Positions 18,906 to 28,605 are shown, counted from the first letter of the stretch. The stretch: 64,000 nt of DNA from Acidobacteriaceae bacterium (GCA_035502695.1 DATJUD010000172.1:8545-72544); one strand, 5' to 3'. Notes: a model not told the origin generated them from the sequence alone. Made by a program: numbers and translations.

Positions 18906-20108
18906 TTGAGCTCACCAGATTTGGACATTTCTACTGTCGCGATTCATGGCGGACGATCGCTGGATTCCCACGCCAGCTCGATCTTGTTTCCTCTGTATCA
19001 AACCAGTACGTTTGTGCATGATGCGGTCGGAGTCGACAAAGGATTTAGTTACTCGCGAGTGTCGAACCCAACCGTAGACGCGCTTGAAAAAGCACTTGGT
19101 GCGCTGGAAGGAACGCCGCCGGTAGTTTGCTTTCGGACCGGCATGGCCGCAGTCACCACGCTGTTTCTTTCGGTTCTGAAGTCCGGCGATCACGTCGTGT
19201 TGACCGATGTTGTGTACGGCGGCACCATGCGCTTGTTTCGCGAGGTGCTGGATCATCTCGGTATCACCGCGTCGTTCGTGGATACATCCGATCCAGGCAA
19301 TGTTGAAGCGGCGATCACGCCCGCGACTCGCATCGTTTTCCTGGAGACGCCAGGCAATCCTACGCTGAAGCTAAGTGACATTGCGGCGGTTGCCGAGATT
19401 ACCAAGCGGCATTCGATTTTGCTGGCAGTCGACAACACATTCCTGACGCCGATCTTGCAAAACGTCCTGCAACTAGGTGCAGATATTTCTCTGTTATCGA
19501 CCACGAAATATATCGATGGCCATAACGCAACCGTCGGTGGCTCACTGGCCACCCAGGATGAGAAGCTGCTGGAGCGATTTCGTTTGATTCGCAAGACGAT
19601 CGGCACTACGCAAGCCCCATTCGAAGCATGGTTGGCGTTGCAGGGAATGAAGACGTTGCCTGCGCGGTTGAAACTCCATTGCGAAAACGCCCAGACGATC
19701 GCTGAATGGCTGGAGAGCAACCCCGCAGTATCCCGAGTGTATTACCCCGGACTGAAATCATGTCCGCAAAAATCCTTGGCAGAAAAGCAGCAGGGCGCGG
19801 CCGGCGGCATGATCTCTTTCGAGTTGAAAGCCGGATACGACGCCACAATTCGCATGCTGAATCAAGTGCAGCTTTGTTCGCGCGCCGAAAGTTTGGGAGG
19901 ATTGGAAACCCTGATCACGCATCCGTCTTCAACAACCCATGCCGACCTGGATCCGGAATTGCGCCGTAATCTTGGCATCACCGATGGTTTGGTTCGACTC
20001 TCCGTCGGACTGGAAGCTCCACAAGATATCATCCGCGATCTGGAGCAGGCGATGGTAGCTGCTGGATGTAGCGTGCAGGAAAAAGAGGTTGGCCATGAAA
20101 ATCGCTAG
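18906..20108 (+). CDS. Cys/Met-metabolism PLP-dependent enzyme (cystathionine gamma-synthase/gamma-lyase type)
   Basis: ..FPLYQTSTF.., ..YSRVSNPT.., and the PLP-lysine region ..LLSTTKYIDGHNATVGG... The start is uncertain: TTG 18906 follows GGAGA (18894-98), while the longest ORF starts at 18879. Confidence 0.85.
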   Translation: MSSPDLDISTVAIHGGRSLDSHASSILFPLYQTSTFVHDAVGVDKGFSYSRVSNPTVDALEKALGALEGTPPVVCFRTGMAAVTTLFLSVLKSGDHVVLTDVVYGGTMRLFREVLDHLGITASFVDTSDPGNVEAAITPATRIVFLETPGNPTLKLSDIAAVAEITKRHSILLAVDNTFLTPILQNVLQLGADISLLSTTKYIDGHNATVGGSLATQDEKLLERFRLIRKTIGTTQAPFEAWLALQGMKTLPARLKLHCENAQTIAEWLESNPAVSRVYYPGLKSCPQKSLAEKQQGAAGGMISFELKAGYDATIRMLNQVQLCSRAESLGGLETLITHPSSTTHADLDPELRRNLGITDGLVRLSVGLEAPQDIIRDLEQAMVAAGCSVQEKEVGHENR

Positions 20109-21237
20109 CCGCCTGGTAAGTTTTGATCCCGCGCCGGGAGATCGGTTTCGCCCCATTTCCACGCCGATCTATCAGACGGCCACTTTCGAGCAGGAATATT
20201 CCGATCAGTTCGGCGAGTACGATTATTCGCGAAGCGGTAATCCCACTCGTGCGGTAGTCGAAAAGCAAATTGCGTCGCTGGAAAACGGAACTCACGGATA
20301 TTGTTTCTCCAGCGGTATGGCCGCGATCACCACCGCGACGAAATTGTTGCAGAACGGTGATGAGATTCTTGCCGACAACGATTTGTATGGCGGTACCTGC
20401 CGTCTGTTTACCAAGGTGCTGAAGCGCACTGGCATCTCCGCGAAATACGCGGACGCGTGCGATCTTGAAAATTTCGAGCGACAGATCACTCCGAAAACAA
20501 AAATGATCTACGTTGAGTCGCCCACCAATCCTTTGCTTCGTGTGGTCGATCTGCGCAAGCTGGGTGCCACGGCGCATGCTCACGGTGCGCTGTTCTGCGT
20601 GGACAACAGCAGCATGTCGCCCTACCTGCAGAACCCGCTTGACCTGGGAGCGGATGTGGTTCTGCATTCGGGAACAAAGTTTCTCGGTGGTCATCACGAC
20701 GTCACCGCCGGATCTATCGTCGTGAAAGACAAGGTGCTGGCCGAGCAAATTTATTTTGTGCAGAACGCGGAAGGCAATGCGCTGGCGCCATTTGATTGTT
20801 ATCTTTTGCTGCGCGGCATGAAGACGTTGAAGCTGCGGCTCGACTGCCAGCAAAAAAATGCGCAAGCCATTGCGGAATTTCTCAGTCAACATAAAGCAAT
20901 CCAGCGGGTCTGCTACCCAGGGCTGAAAAGCGATGCCGGGTATGAACTGCAGCATTCTCAGGCGCGTGGCGCGGGCGCTGTCCTGAGCTTCACTACAGGT
21001 TCCGTTGCGCTCTCGAAAGCCATTGCGGAAAATGCCAAGCTGTTCCGCATCACCGTCAGCTTCGGCAGCGTCAACTCTTCCATCAGCGTGCCGGGAAACA
21101 TGTCGCACGCCAGCGTTCCGGTGGAGCTGATGTCGCAACGTGACCTGCCGAAAGACCTGGTACGCATTTCCGTTGGGATTGAGGACGAGGAAGACTTGCT
21201 CGCCGATCTGGATCGTGCCATCCAATCCTATCGGTGA
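20095..21237 (+). CDS. Cys/Met-metabolism PLP-dependent enzyme (cystathionine beta-lyase type)
   Basis: ..ISTPIYQTATFEQE.., ..YSRSGNPT.., ..VLHSGTKFLGGHHDVTAG... The ATG at 20095 follows AAGAGG. It overlaps the preceding paralogue by 14 nt, a metI-metC-like arrangement. Confidence 0.85.
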   Translation: MKIASRLVSFDPAPGDRFRPISTPIYQTATFEQEYSDQFGEYDYSRSGNPTRAVVEKQIASLENGTHGYCFSSGMAAITTATKLLQNGDEILADNDLYGGTCRLFTKVLKRTGISAKYADACDLENFERQITPKTKMIYVESPTNPLLRVVDLRKLGATAHAHGALFCVDNSSMSPYLQNPLDLGADVVLHSGTKFLGGHHDVTAGSIVVKDKVLAEQIYFVQNAEGNALAPFDCYLLLRGMKTLKLRLDCQQKNAQAIAEFLSQHKAIQRVCYPGLKSDAGYELQHSQARGAGAVLSFTTGSVALSKAIAENAKLFRITVSFGSVNSSISVPGNMSHASVPVELMSQRDLPKDLVRISVGIEDEEDLLADLDRAIQSYR

Positions 21238-21304
21238 AGTTTACTGGACAGCTGGTTCAAAAACCGTCGGTGCTGGCAGCCCAGATGTATTTTTGGGCGT
21301 CTAC

Positions 21305-21324
21305 GGCCCGACTGAAGTCGGGCC
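21305..21324. terminator. Hairpin between convergent genes (possible bidirectional terminator)
   Basis: GGCCCGAC TGAA GTCGGGCC is a perfect 8-bp stem. It lacks a strong U tract on either side. Confidence 0.4.
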
Positions 21325-21357
21325 CTGTAATAAAACACTATCGACAGCGCCAAAAAG

Positions 21358-21852
21358 TTATTTGATCCCGCGATCGCTCTCGAACATGGCCATCGCCTCA
21401 ATCTCAATCAATAGATCGGGACGGCAGAGAATTGCCTGAATCCCCGTCGAGGCCGGCAAAGGGTTCAGCCCTTGTTCGCGAAAGAACTGTGTCCGTATCT
21501 GGTTGAACTCGTCGTAGTCGCGCTCAATATCGCGCAGATAACAGCTCGTCCGCACGACATCCTTCCAGGTCGCGCCTTCGGCAGCCAGCAGGCCGGTGAT
21601 GTTGTGCAGGGTACGGGCCATTTGTGCGCCAAAATCCCCGACGTGCACAGTTTTTCCAAACTCATCGATGCTCGCCGTACCTGAAATCAGCAGGATGGTG
21701 ACACCTTTAATGTCCAGGCGCAGCCCGCGGGAGAACGACGACGGCTTGGCGTATTCGTAAGCTTCATTCAGCACGCGCGGCTCTGTGATCGCCTGCTTGC
21801 TAACTGGGGTGTGAGTTTCTGATTGGACCAGGATCGTGTCTGTCGGTGACAT
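21358..21852 (-). CDS. RidA/YjgF-family reactive-intermediate deaminase
   Basis: Typical YjgF/RidA-like sequence (..ILLISGTASIDE.., ..RTSCYLRDI.., ..LIEIEAMA). Confidence 0.8.
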   Translation of the reverse strand: MSPTDTILVQSETHTPVSKQAITEPRVLNEAYEYAKPSSFSRGLRLDIKGVTILLISGTASIDEFGKTVHVGDFGAQMARTLHNITGLLAAEGATWKDVVRTSCYLRDIERDYDEFNQIRTQFFREQGLNPLPASTGIQAILCRPDLLIEIEAMAMFESDRGIK

Positions 21853-21963
21853 AGGAAGGATCGCTTTCTTTGCTTCGGATTCTATGATTCACCGCCGGCT
21901 TTAACTCCAGCGGTGGAAGTACGTTTAGTTCCTGCATAAGGACAGCTGCCCGTCACGCAACCG

Positions 21964-22692
21964 TTACGCTGCCCCCATCCGGTACCCGTCGGGATCTTTA
22001 CCGCGAACGCGCCGCCACCACACCTGAAATGTAGGCACGTTCACGGTCACAATAAAGAGCTTTCGCAGGCTATTGGATGGGCATTCCAAGGGCCGCACGC
22101 CGTGCCAGGAATGTTCAGTCCGTTGAAAAAACAGGCTCTCATTTCCGCGCGGCACCACCGACGCGGCCACTTTCAGATCGTCAAATGCAGGGGCGGAATG
22201 CGGCTTGTAGCGGCCTTCGTCATCCATCATCAAGATCTGGCCGCCCCAGTTTTCTTCCCAATTTTCTTCGGTATTGAAGTAGAAAATGTGCGTAGCCAGC
22301 TTGCGCCGCGCATCGCAATGCGGGGAGACGGAACATCCCTGCCACGCGTAATACCACTCCATCGTTAAAATGAACTGCTGCGGCCCCAGCATCCTTTGCA
22401 GCCAGGATTGGTAAACGTCTCCCTGCAATTCGGCGACAAATTCTTTCCACGGTTCCGACAATTCGATGCGCGGCCCGTAATGCAGAATGTAGCGATCGTG
22501 TGGAGCTTGTCCGTACCCGCGTTTGATCCCGACCTTGCGATCGAACTTCTCTACATCAGGCATGGCGTTGCGCAACCGCTCAAAGCCCTCTGCCGTCAAC
22601 GCAGCCGGAATACTGATCCAGGGATAGGGCTTCCGCGCACGGAACTTTTCCGGGGAAAGGGACTCGATATGTCCCGAGTCGAGATAGGTCAT
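21964..22692 (-). CDS. 2OG-Fe(II) oxygenase superfamily protein
   Basis: A HxD...H-like pattern (..SPHCDAR.. and ..EHSWHGV..). The ATG at 22692 is preceded by GGAGG. Confidence 0.6.
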   Translation of the reverse strand: MTYLDSGHIESLSPEKFRARKPYPWISIPAALTAEGFERLRNAMPDVEKFDRKVGIKRGYGQAPHDRYILHYGPRIELSEPWKEFVAELQGDVYQSWLQRMLGPQQFILTMEWYYAWQGCSVSPHCDARRKLATHIFYFNTEENWEENWGGQILMMDDEGRYKPHSAPAFDDLKVAASVVPRGNESLFFQRTEHSWHGVRPLECPSNSLRKLFIVTVNVPTFQVWWRRVRGKDPDGYRMGAA

Positions 22693-22749
22693 ACCCAACC
22701 TCCGAAAGCAGGCACTTAGGAATAAGGTCTCACTCCAGCGCACATTCCT

Positions 22750-22767
22750 CCGTGACGTGCATCACGG
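22750..22767. promoter_or_regulatory. CRP-type palindrome CCGTGA-CGTGCA-TCACGG in the cysK / 2OG-oxygenase divergent promoter region
   Basis: Seen directly in the sequence. The inner 14-mer GTGACGTGCATCAC is identical to the reverse complement of the site at 25298-25311. Confidence 0.55.
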
Positions 22768-22822
22768 CCCAACACAAAAAACGGTATGCTTTTGGTATCT
22801 AAGACTGTAGAAAGGACCGACC

Positions 22823-23794
22823 ATGAATATTGCCGCAAACGTAACGGATCTGATTGGACGTACTCCACTGGTGGAGTTGCATCATGTGACCGAAGGTTGC
22901 AAGGCGAGAGTGGTGGTGAAGCTGGAGAGCCAGAATCCGCTGAGCAGCGTGAAAGACCGCATTGGCCTGGCCATGATTGAGGCGGCCGAGCGGGAAGGAA
23001 AAATCGCTCCCGGAAAAACCGTGTTGATTGAGCCCACGAGCGGCAATACCGGCATTGCGCTCGCGTTTGTGGCTGCTGTCAAGGGTTACGACATCATCCT
23101 GACGATGCCGGATACGATGAGCCTGGAACGCAGGATTCTATTGCTAGCCTTCGGAGCCAAAATTGTTCTGACCCCCGGCCCGAACGGCGTGAAGGGCGCC
23201 GTCGCCAAGGCAGAAGAGATTTTGAAAGAGACTCCGAATGGCTATATACTGCAACAATTTAACAATCCCGCGAATCCAAAGATTCACTTCGATACCACGG
23301 GGCCGGAGATATGGAACGACACCGACGGGAAAGCCGACATCCTCATTTCCGGCGTCGGCACCGGCGGAACCCTCACCGGGGTCAGCGAATACATCAAAGC
23401 GAAAAAGCCTGGCTTCTGGACGGTCGCGGTCGAGCCTGCCGACAGCCCGGTGCTTTCCGGCGGCAAGCCAGGGCCGCACAAAATCCAGGGAATTGGCGCC
23501 GGATTTGTACCAAAGGTACTGAAGACCGACCTGATTGACGAGATTGTGCAGGTGACCAACGACGAAGCCATTGCCATGGCGCGGCGGTTGCCGAAGGAAG
23601 AAGGCCTGTTGGTTGGCATCTCCTCCGGAGCGGCGGTACATGCAGCACTGCAGGTGGCAAAGAACCCAAAGAACGCGGGAAAGTTGATCGTTGTCATCAT
23701 TCCCAGCGGCGGCGAGCGGTACCTATCGACGGTGCTGTTCGATGAGTTCCGCAAAGAGGCGATGGAGACAAAAACGTCCCCCGTCACGGTATGA
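22823..23794 (+). CDS. cysK: Cysteine synthase A (O-acetylserine sulfhydrylase)
   Basis: PLP-lysine motif ..[11 protein letters not shown].., plus ..[10 protein letters not shown].. and ..[10 protein letters not shown]... Confidence 0.95.
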   Translation: MNIAANVTDLIGRTPLVELHHVTEGCKARVVVKLESQNPLSSVKDRIGLAMIEAAEREGKIAPGKTVLIEPTSGNTGIALAFVAAVKGYDIILTMPDTMSLERRILLLAFGAKIVLTPGPNGVKGAVAKAEEILKETPNGYILQQFNNPANPKIHFDTTGPEIWNDTDGKADILISGVGTGGTLTGVSEYIKAKKPGFWTVAVEPADSPVLSGGKPGPHKIQGIGAGFVPKVLKTDLIDEIVQVTNDEAIAMARRLPKEEGLLVGISSGAAVHAALQVAKNPKNAGKLIVVIIPSGGERYLSTVLFDEFRKEAMETKTSPVTV

Positions 23795-23875
23795 CGCGGC
23801 CCGATACGGTTGACGTATTCGCTATGAGACGATCCGAAGTGGCTCGCCGCGGCGAGTCCAGGTGAGACCGCTTCT

Positions 23876-24637
23876 ATGAATCTGATTCGATTGATTCGCG
23901 AAGACGTCCGGTGCGTATTCGAACGCGATCCAGCCGCCACCTCGAAAGCGATGGTGCTGCTGTGCTATCCCGGCCTGCACGCTGTGTGGGCCCATCGCAT
24001 CCATCACTGGCTGTGGTCGCGCGGCTGGCGGCTGCTCCCTCGTCTGATGTCGCAAACCACGCGCTTCTGGACGGGAATTGAAATCCATCCAGAGGCGCAG
24101 ATCGGTCGACGATTGTTTATCGATCACGGCATCGGCGTCGTCATTGGCCAGACCACAATCATTGGTGATGACGTGACGCTCTACCAGGGTGTGACGCTCG
24201 GCGGTACCGGAAAGGGTACCGGAAAACGCCATCCTACGCTGCGCGATGGAGTGTTTGTCGGCAACAATGCCAACATCCTCGGCGATATCACCATTGGTGA
24301 GCATTCCCGCGTCGGTGCCGGCTCCGTGGTGCTGCGTGATGTGCCTCCCGACTCGACCGTCGTGGGTGTTCCAGCGCACATCGTCTACCAGGCAGGCAAA
24401 CGCGTGCTGATCACCGATCCTCGCGAAATCAACGATCCTTTATCGGATGTGATCGTTGCGCTATGTGACGAGGTGAAGCGTCTAAAGTCGCGCGTTGAAC
24501 GACTGGACGGCCAGCTGCAGCAATCGCTGCTGACAGATCCGGAAAGCGCGCTCGCAGTGGAAGAAGAAGAACGCGCTCGTTATCGCAGCCAGCAATATCC
24601 GCGGTCAGATTATGTGAGCATGGGCGAAGGAATCTGA
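23876..24637 (+). CDS. cysE: Serine O-acetyltransferase with extended C-terminal tail
   Basis: SAT N-terminal helical region and hexapeptide repeats (..[26 protein letters not shown]..). An extra tail of about 70 aa ends in ..GEGI, and a C-terminal Ile is typical of SATs that dock into CysK. Confidence 0.9.
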   Translation: MNLIRLIREDVRCVFERDPAATSKAMVLLCYPGLHAVWAHRIHHWLWSRGWRLLPRLMSQTTRFWTGIEIHPEAQIGRRLFIDHGIGVVIGQTTIIGDDVTLYQGVTLGGTGKGTGKRHPTLRDGVFVGNNANILGDITIGEHSRVGAGSVVLRDVPPDSTVVGVPAHIVYQAGKRVLITDPREINDPLSDVIVALCDEVKRLKSRVERLDGQLQQSLLTDPESALAVEEEERARYRSQQYPRSDYVSMGEGI

Positions 24638-25263
24638 GAGTGCTCGTCTGCGCGCGGCGCGCCCAGGTCACATTCCTGGATGTGAAAGGTGGTTCGCATT
24701 GGGCACCAGTTCCATGTAGAGCGAGCGCGGCAGATTTGTATTCCAGTGGTCAGTTGCTTCGGCGAAGCCCACAAATCCAAAAACTTCTCGCCCGTCTTCC
24801 ATAGAAGTTCTGAGAGTGTGCCGATCGGGCAAAGCCAGGAGCAGAAAGCCTTTTTCAGCAGCAAGCTGGAAGCGAGAAATGCGAGGAACAGAAACATCGC
24901 GGCCGGATGAATCTGGGGAATGCTGTGGGTTTCCAGCAGGTATTTCGTGTTCATCATTCCCGCGATGGGCAGCCATCCTTCCACTCCCGCGGGCCGGTTC
25001 ATATACAGCGTTTTTCCGGCAGTTTCGTAGTAACGCGTCCACACGCAGAATTGAAATCCCAGCCCTATGTTCAACATCACAAAGACAACCTGAACGCTAT
25101 GACGAAACCCCTGCGAACGGTCCTTTAACGTACGTCGAATCAGTTTCTTGCGAGATTTCGCAATCGACGGAGCGGATCCTATGAAGACTCCATTGGGCAT
25201 GCCGCTTTCTCCCACGGGCTGCTGCAACTCGGCCTCAGATTGTTGCGACATTCGCACCCTCAA
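24610..25263 (-). CDS. NapH/YccM-like polytopic membrane protein, N-terminal part only (probably truncated or decayed)
   Basis: ..[20 protein letters not shown].. is the characteristic CxxxCP membrane motif of NapH/MauN/YccM-type Fe-S membrane proteins. The sequence loses similarity right after this motif, has no 4Fe-4S CxxCxxCxxxCP domain, and its tail overlaps the 3' end of cysE. Confidence 0.45.
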   Translation of the reverse strand: MRVRMSQQSEAELQQPVGESGMPNGVFIGSAPSIAKSRKKLIRRTLKDRSQGFRHSVQVVFVMLNIGLGFQFCVWTRYYETAGKTLYMNRPAGVEGWLPIAGMMNTKYLLETHSIPQIHPAAMFLFLAFLASSLLLKKAFCSWLCPIGTLSELLWKTGEKFLDLWASPKQLTTGIQICRARSTWNWCPMRTTFHIQECDLGAPRADEHSQIPSPMLT

Positions 25264-25296
25264 AGGTCGACTCTAGTGGAAGCGGAAAGTGACAGC

Positions 25297-25312
25297 TGTG
25301 ATGCACGTCACA
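25297..25312. promoter_or_regulatory. Perfect CRP-type palindrome TGTGA-TGCACG-TCACA upstream of the Crp/Fnr gene
   Basis: Seen directly in the sequence. Its centre lies 64.5 nt upstream of the ATG at 25369, the same distance as the 22750-22767 site lies from the cysK ATG. Confidence 0.6.
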
Positions 25313-25368
25313 AACGATTGACGCCCGGAAAACAATACTAGAGTGTGCTGAATTATCAGGGTGCAACC

Positions 25369-26076
25369 ATGACTGACAACTGTGCCAACAGGATGGAAAA
25401 CGAAGGCTGCTTCATGTGCAAGGAAAGGCATGCCGACTGGTTTTGCAATCTGTCTCCGCAAGCGCTGGTGGAGTTCGAAACGCTTGGTATGCAGATGACA
25501 GTTCCTGCAGGCAGTACGCTCTTCTTTGAGTCGCAAACTGCGCGCAGCGTGTACATCTTGTGCGGCGGCCATGTGAAGCTGACCACCTCCTCAAAAGACG
25601 GCAAGACGCTGCTGGTGCGCATTGCCAAGCCGGGAGATGTGCTGGGCTTGAGCGCCGCCATCTCAGGCACTGCGTACGAAATCACGGCGCAAGCGATCGA
25701 GCCGGTTCAGGTGAAATCATTTCAGCGGCAGGATTTTCTGCATTTCATCGAACATCATTTGGAAGGCAGCATGCATGCGACCAAGATGATCAATAAGGAA
25801 TATCGCGATGCCCTTGGCGATGCCACCCGTCTCGCGCTTTCCATGTCGATCGCCGGCCGCGTCGCCCGGCTGCTGCTGGAAATGACCTCGGGCGCGCGAG
25901 ATGCCAAACCGCGCTTCACCATGTCCCTGACCCACGAAGAACTTGCCACCATGCTGGGCACGACGCGCGAATCCATCACACGCGTGCTGAGTGAGCTCAA
26001 GCGCAAAGAGATTATTTCCATCAAAGGGACGTCGCTGACCATCTTGCGCAAGTCTGCACTCGAGCTGCTCGTTTAG
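25369..26076 (+). CDS. Crp/Fnr-family transcriptional regulator with N-terminal Cys cluster
   Basis: A cNMP-binding-like beta-roll and a C-terminal HTH (..LTHEELATMLGTTRESITRVLSELK..). The N-terminus MTDNCANRMENEGCFMCKERHADWFC has spacing C5-x8-C14-x2-C17-x8-C26. I prefer the ATG at 25369 over the GTG at 25345. Confidence 0.85.
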   Translation: MTDNCANRMENEGCFMCKERHADWFCNLSPQALVEFETLGMQMTVPAGSTLFFESQTARSVYILCGGHVKLTTSSKDGKTLLVRIAKPGDVLGLSAAISGTAYEITAQAIEPVQVKSFQRQDFLHFIEHHLEGSMHATKMINKEYRDALGDATRLALSMSIAGRVARLLLEMTSGARDAKPRFTMSLTHEELATMLGTTRESITRVLSELKRKEIISIKGTSLTILRKSALELLV

Positions 26077-26106
26077 GCCGTCAAATCCTAGAGTTGATAT
26101 AATATC

Positions 26107-26122
26107 TGTGACGGTCGTCACC
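26107..26122. promoter_or_regulatory. CRP-type site TGTGA-CGGTCG-TCACC upstream of cydA
   Basis: Seen directly in the sequence, centred 55.5 nt upstream of the cydA ATG. It lies immediately downstream of a TATAAT-containing palindrome, GATATAATATC (26096-26106). Confidence 0.5.
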
Positions 26123-26169
26123 GCTGTTTTCAGTGCTTCCTCGCTATTGTTGAGGGAAAGTGGGGCCGC

Positions 26170-27534
26170 ATGTCTGACGCTCTATTACTCCACCGCATTC
26201 ATTTCGCATTTACGATCACCTACCATTACCTGTTTCCACAGTTGACCATGGGATTGGCGTTGCTGATCGTCATCCTGAAGACGATTGCCATTCGCAAGAA
26301 CGATCCTGTCTATGACGATGCCGCCCGCTTCTGGGCGCGCATTTTTGGGATCAATTTCATCATGGGCGTGGTGACCGGAATTCCAATGGAATTTCAGTTC
26401 GGAACAAACTGGGCCCAGTTTTCTCGCATGACCGGAGGCGTGATCGGCCAGCCGCTCGCCATGGAAGGAGTCTTCTCCTTTTTTCTGGAGTCGGCATTTC
26501 TCGGACTGTTCCTCTATGGAGAAAAGCGCCTGTCCCGCTGGCAACATTGGTGGGCCGCATTTCTAGTGTTTGTCGGCTCCTGGATTTCCGGCTTCTTCAT
26601 CATCGTCACCGACGCATGGATGCAACATCCCGTCGCGTATCGCGTGCTGGCCAATGGATCGTACGAAGTGACCAGTTTCTGGAAGCTGCTGCTGAATCCT
26701 TGGGCATTGCTGCAATATGCTCACAATATGAGCGGCGCTGTCATCACGGGAGCCTTCGTGATGTGCTCCGTTGGTGCGTTCTATCTTTTGGAAGACAAAT
26801 TCTCAGACTATGCCCGAGCGTTTCTCCGGGTGGGTGTTATCGTCGGCGTGATCGCCTGCATTTTTCAGATTTTTCCCAGCGGAGACTTGCATGGCAAGTA
26901 CATGGCGCATCAGCAGCCAGTAACAGTGGCCGCCATGGAGGGACTCTTCAAAACGGAACCAGGGACCCCGATGGTGCTGCTGGGGCAGCCAAATGTTGAA
27001 AATCAACAAATCGACAACCCGCTCGTCGTGAATAAGGTGCTCAGCTATCTGATCTATGGCACCACCCGGGCAGAGGTGAAAGGATTGGACAGTTTTCCCA
27101 AAGACCAGTGGCCGACGAATATTCCGCTTTTGTTCTTCGCGTATCACATCATGGCTGGCCTGGGCACCTACTTCGTTGCCCTGATGGTGCTGGCAACCAT
27201 CTGGCTATGGCGCGGAAAACTCTTCCGTACAAACTGGTTGCTGTGGCCGCTGATGTTGAGCTTCCCGTTGCCGTACGTCGCCAATATCGCCGGGTGGATG
27301 ACGGCCGAAGTCGGCCGACAACCGTGGCTGGTGTACGGCTTGATGCGCACCACCCAGGGATATTCCCAATTTGTCTCTCCAGGGAACACGCTGTTTACCT
27401 TGCTCGGCTTTATGGGACTCTATGCGATCTTGTCGATCCTGTTTGTCTTCCTGATTTATGCCGAACTCGTGCGAGGGCCTCAGCGCACCCCCGCTTCCGG
27501 CATCCACACCGGCGCACCGGTCAGCGCTGCATAG
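26170..27534 (+). CDS. cydA: Cytochrome bd ubiquinol oxidase subunit I
   Basis: Typical CydA N-terminus (..LHRIHFAFTITYHYLFPQLTMGL..), a Q-loop region, and multiple TM helices. Confidence 0.95.
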   Translation: MSDALLLHRIHFAFTITYHYLFPQLTMGLALLIVILKTIAIRKNDPVYDDAARFWARIFGINFIMGVVTGIPMEFQFGTNWAQFSRMTGGVIGQPLAMEGVFSFFLESAFLGLFLYGEKRLSRWQHWWAAFLVFVGSWISGFFIIVTDAWMQHPVAYRVLANGSYEVTSFWKLLLNPWALLQYAHNMSGAVITGAFVMCSVGAFYLLEDKFSDYARAFLRVGVIVGVIACIFQIFPSGDLHGKYMAHQQPVTVAAMEGLFKTEPGTPMVLLGQPNVENQQIDNPLVVNKVLSYLIYGTTRAEVKGLDSFPKDQWPTNIPLLFFAYHIMAGLGTYFVALMVLATIWLWRGKLFRTNWLLWPLMLSFPLPYVANIAGWMTAEVGRQPWLVYGLMRTTQGYSQFVSPGNTLFTLLGFMGLYAILSILFVFLIYAELVRGPQRTPASGIHTGAPVSAA

Positions 27535-27555
27535 GAAATAGGTGCAGGAGATACC

Positions 27556-28605
27556 ATGATGGGCTTGATCTGGTTCTGGATTGTCGCACTGATGCTGGTG
27601 GCGTATGTGGTGCTTGACGGCTTTGACATTGGAGCGGGCATCGCGCATTTTCTCATCGCACGTTCGCACCAGGACCGCGACACCATTTTGCGTTCCATCG
27701 GCCCAGTGTGGGATGGCAATGAGGTCTGGCTGCTGGCCGGTGGTGGCACCCTGTATTTTGCGTTTCCGTTGCTGTACGCATCATCATTCAGCGGGTTTTA
27801 TCTGCCACTGATGATCGTGTTGTGGCTTCTTATTCTGCGCGGTATCGGCATTGAGTTGCGGTCACACTTCGGCACCGTAGTCTGGCGCGGATTTTTCGAT
27901 GGCTCCTTCGCCATCTCCAGTATTCTGCTCGCCATCTTTCTTGGCGCCGCGCTTGCCAACGTCATTCGCGGAGTGCCGCTGAACGCCGACGGATATTTCT
28001 TTGCTCCCTTGTGGACCAACTGGAAAGTCGGTCCCAATCCCGGTATTCTCGATTGGTATACGGTCATCGGCGGACTGGTTGCGCTGGTTGCTCTTGGCAT
28101 TCATGGGAGTCTGTATCTGGCCATAAAAACCGGCGGAGAACTACAGCAACGGGCCCGCAATCTGGTGCAGCGCGCGTGGATTTTTCTGCTGATTCTCACC
28201 ATACTCAGCCTCACAGCCACCATGCTGGTTCGCCCTGCCGTCTTGCAAAGTTATTTCCACTATCCAATTGCTTTCCTTATCCCCGCGGGCGTGCTTGGCA
28301 GTTTGTTCGGCATCGTTCTTTACTCCCGCAAGAACAGGGATTTCCCGGCTTTCCTAAGCTCCTGCCTCTACCTGACGCTGATGCTGGCTGGAGCCGCTGT
28401 GGGTCTTTGCCCGGTTCTATTGCCGTCCAGCCGCAATGCCGCCCAGGACATCACCATCTCGAAAGCACTCGCCGGCCATCACGGCCTTGCGGTCGGGTTG
28501 GTCTGGTGGGGTTTTGGCATCCTGCTGGCGATTGGATATTTCATCTTTGTCTATCGCATGTTTCGAGGCAAAGTGGCAGAAACTGTGGAGGCCCATGGCG
28601 ACTGA
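27556..28605 (+). CDS. cydB: Cytochrome bd ubiquinol oxidase subunit II
   Basis: ..YVVLDGFDIGAG.. and ..GPVWDGNEVWLL.. motifs. It starts 22 nt after cydA. Confidence 0.95.
   Translation: MMGLIWFWIVALMLVAYVVLDGFDIGAGIAHFLIARSHQDRDTILRSIGPVWDGNEVWLLAGGGTLYFAFPLLYASSFSGFYLPLMIVLWLLILRGIGIELRSHFGTVVWRGFFDGSFAISSILLAIFLGAALANVIRGVPLNADGYFFAPLWTNWKVGPNPGILDWYTVIGGLVALVALGIHGSLYLAIKTGGELQQRARNLVQRAWIFLLILTILSLTATMLVRPAVLQSYFHYPIAFLIPAGVLGSLFGIVLYSRKNRDFPAFLSSCLYLTLMLAGAAVGLCPVLLPSSRNAAQDITISKALAGHHGLAVGLVWWGFGILLAIGYFIFVYRMFRGKVAETVEAHGD

Noticed and set aside
20029-21225. 398-aa ORF antisense to almost the entire second transsulfuration gene
   Set aside because: The sense strand encodes a clearly recognisable PLP enzyme. 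The antisense translation is Arg/Gln/His-rich with no motifs. It is a typical shadow ORF in a GC-rich gene.
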